Below are positions 63,181-64,000 of a DNA stretch of 64,000 bases, piece by piece (positions within the stretch are counted from its first letter, which is position 1; every line of letters starts with the position of its first letter). This DNA comes from Eledone cirrhosa (taxonomy: Eukaryota), in contig OZ024757.1 in assembly GCA_964016885.1 (NCBI GenBank), forward strand, positions 20,646,001 through 20,710,000, given 5' to 3'. The translations under genes and the position numbers were made by a program. The notes under the pieces were generated by a model, which did not search any database, was not told the origin of the DNA, and was given only the letters and a program-made list of their open reading frames with translations.

Positions 63181-63332
63181 TAGTCTTTGACAAACTGCAG
63201 CCTGCGGGCCATATGCAGCCTATTTGACCTTTTGGACGACATGTCTAACAAAAAAGTATCTTGAATTATTAATAGTGTGGCCTGCTCTATGACAAACTAT
63301 ATCGCATGCTCAAAAAGTGTTACCCATGCCTG
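63181..63332. mobile_element. hAT (Charlie-like) MITE remnant
   Basis: Degenerate termini tagtctttgacaaac / gttacccatgcctg; subterminal gcagcctgcgggccatatgcagcc; 8-bp flanks ttctataa / tactatac (6/8 match). Confidence 0.55.
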
Positions 63333-64000
63333 TACTATACAATGTGGTATTACCAAGGGACTATTTACAGTGTACGAGAGCTCTGAATACCGGTGACGGA
63401 CATAGAACTTTGAAGAGCATGTCTAAAAGCAGGACTGGACTTTCCCCTGCTGAGGCCCTAAGCTATATGAAATTTAAAGCCCTTCTCTAAAACAATTTTA
63501 AATAAGTATACATGATTATTATTTATTAATGATTATAAAATAAAATTATATATATAATAGGTATAAACCTGCACATTATGACAGTAAGTCCAACATCCTA
63601 ACCACACGCCTCCACAGAGCATAAAGATCGATCGAATCCATCAACAAGATCCCAGGCACCTAATTCGCTTACCAGGTGGGGTGGAACTCGTCAAATCGGA
63701 CCATGGAAACTATGTTTCCATTGCTGATAAAGATACAGAACAAATACTGCAATAATTCTGATTTAGGCACAAGGCCAGCAATTTTACCAACCTCTAAAGG
63801 GTGAAAGGCAAAGTTGACCTCAGAGCTTAAAGAGCCAGAACAAATACAGCAAGGCATTTTGTCGAACCTTCTAAGGATTCTACAAAATCCCTGTTCTGCT
63901 GACAATCACATTCTTATCAATATCTCTGATAAAATTGTTTGTCTTTGTTTTTCTTTCCCATCTATTCAGCACAAAATATCAGCCATATTGTTTCCAATCA

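Overview
AT-rich, repeat-dominated eukaryotic DNA. The SINE families, RTE LINE remnants, (TA)n/(CA)n/(ATC)n tracts and very low gene density are most consistent with an octopod cephalopod intron or intergenic region; this assignment comes from recalled repeat families, not a search. There is no prokaryotic-type content: no operons, CRISPR, rRNA or true tRNA. Nearly all long ORFs in the track are artefacts of mini/microsatellites. Supported content: (1) two abundant tRNA-headed SINE families; (2) many 5'-truncated or decayed RTE-clade LINE fragments and one Tx1/L1-like 3' end; (3) a Penelope-like element (PLE) GIY-YIG endonuclease pseudogene and about nine type I hammerhead ribozyme motifs found by eye in TA-embedded remnants, including a variant set with greatly expanded stem II and an inverted pair carrying one ribozyme per strand; (4) a non-autonomous Helitron whose removal restores a LINE reading frame; (5) about ten minisatellites, several demonstrably amplified from SINE, LINE or MITE segments; (6) several long fold-back inverted repeats; (7) one convincing minus-strand host exon (61797-62014) with a possible terminal exon at 54454. 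Repeat boundaries are approximate unless stated otherwise.
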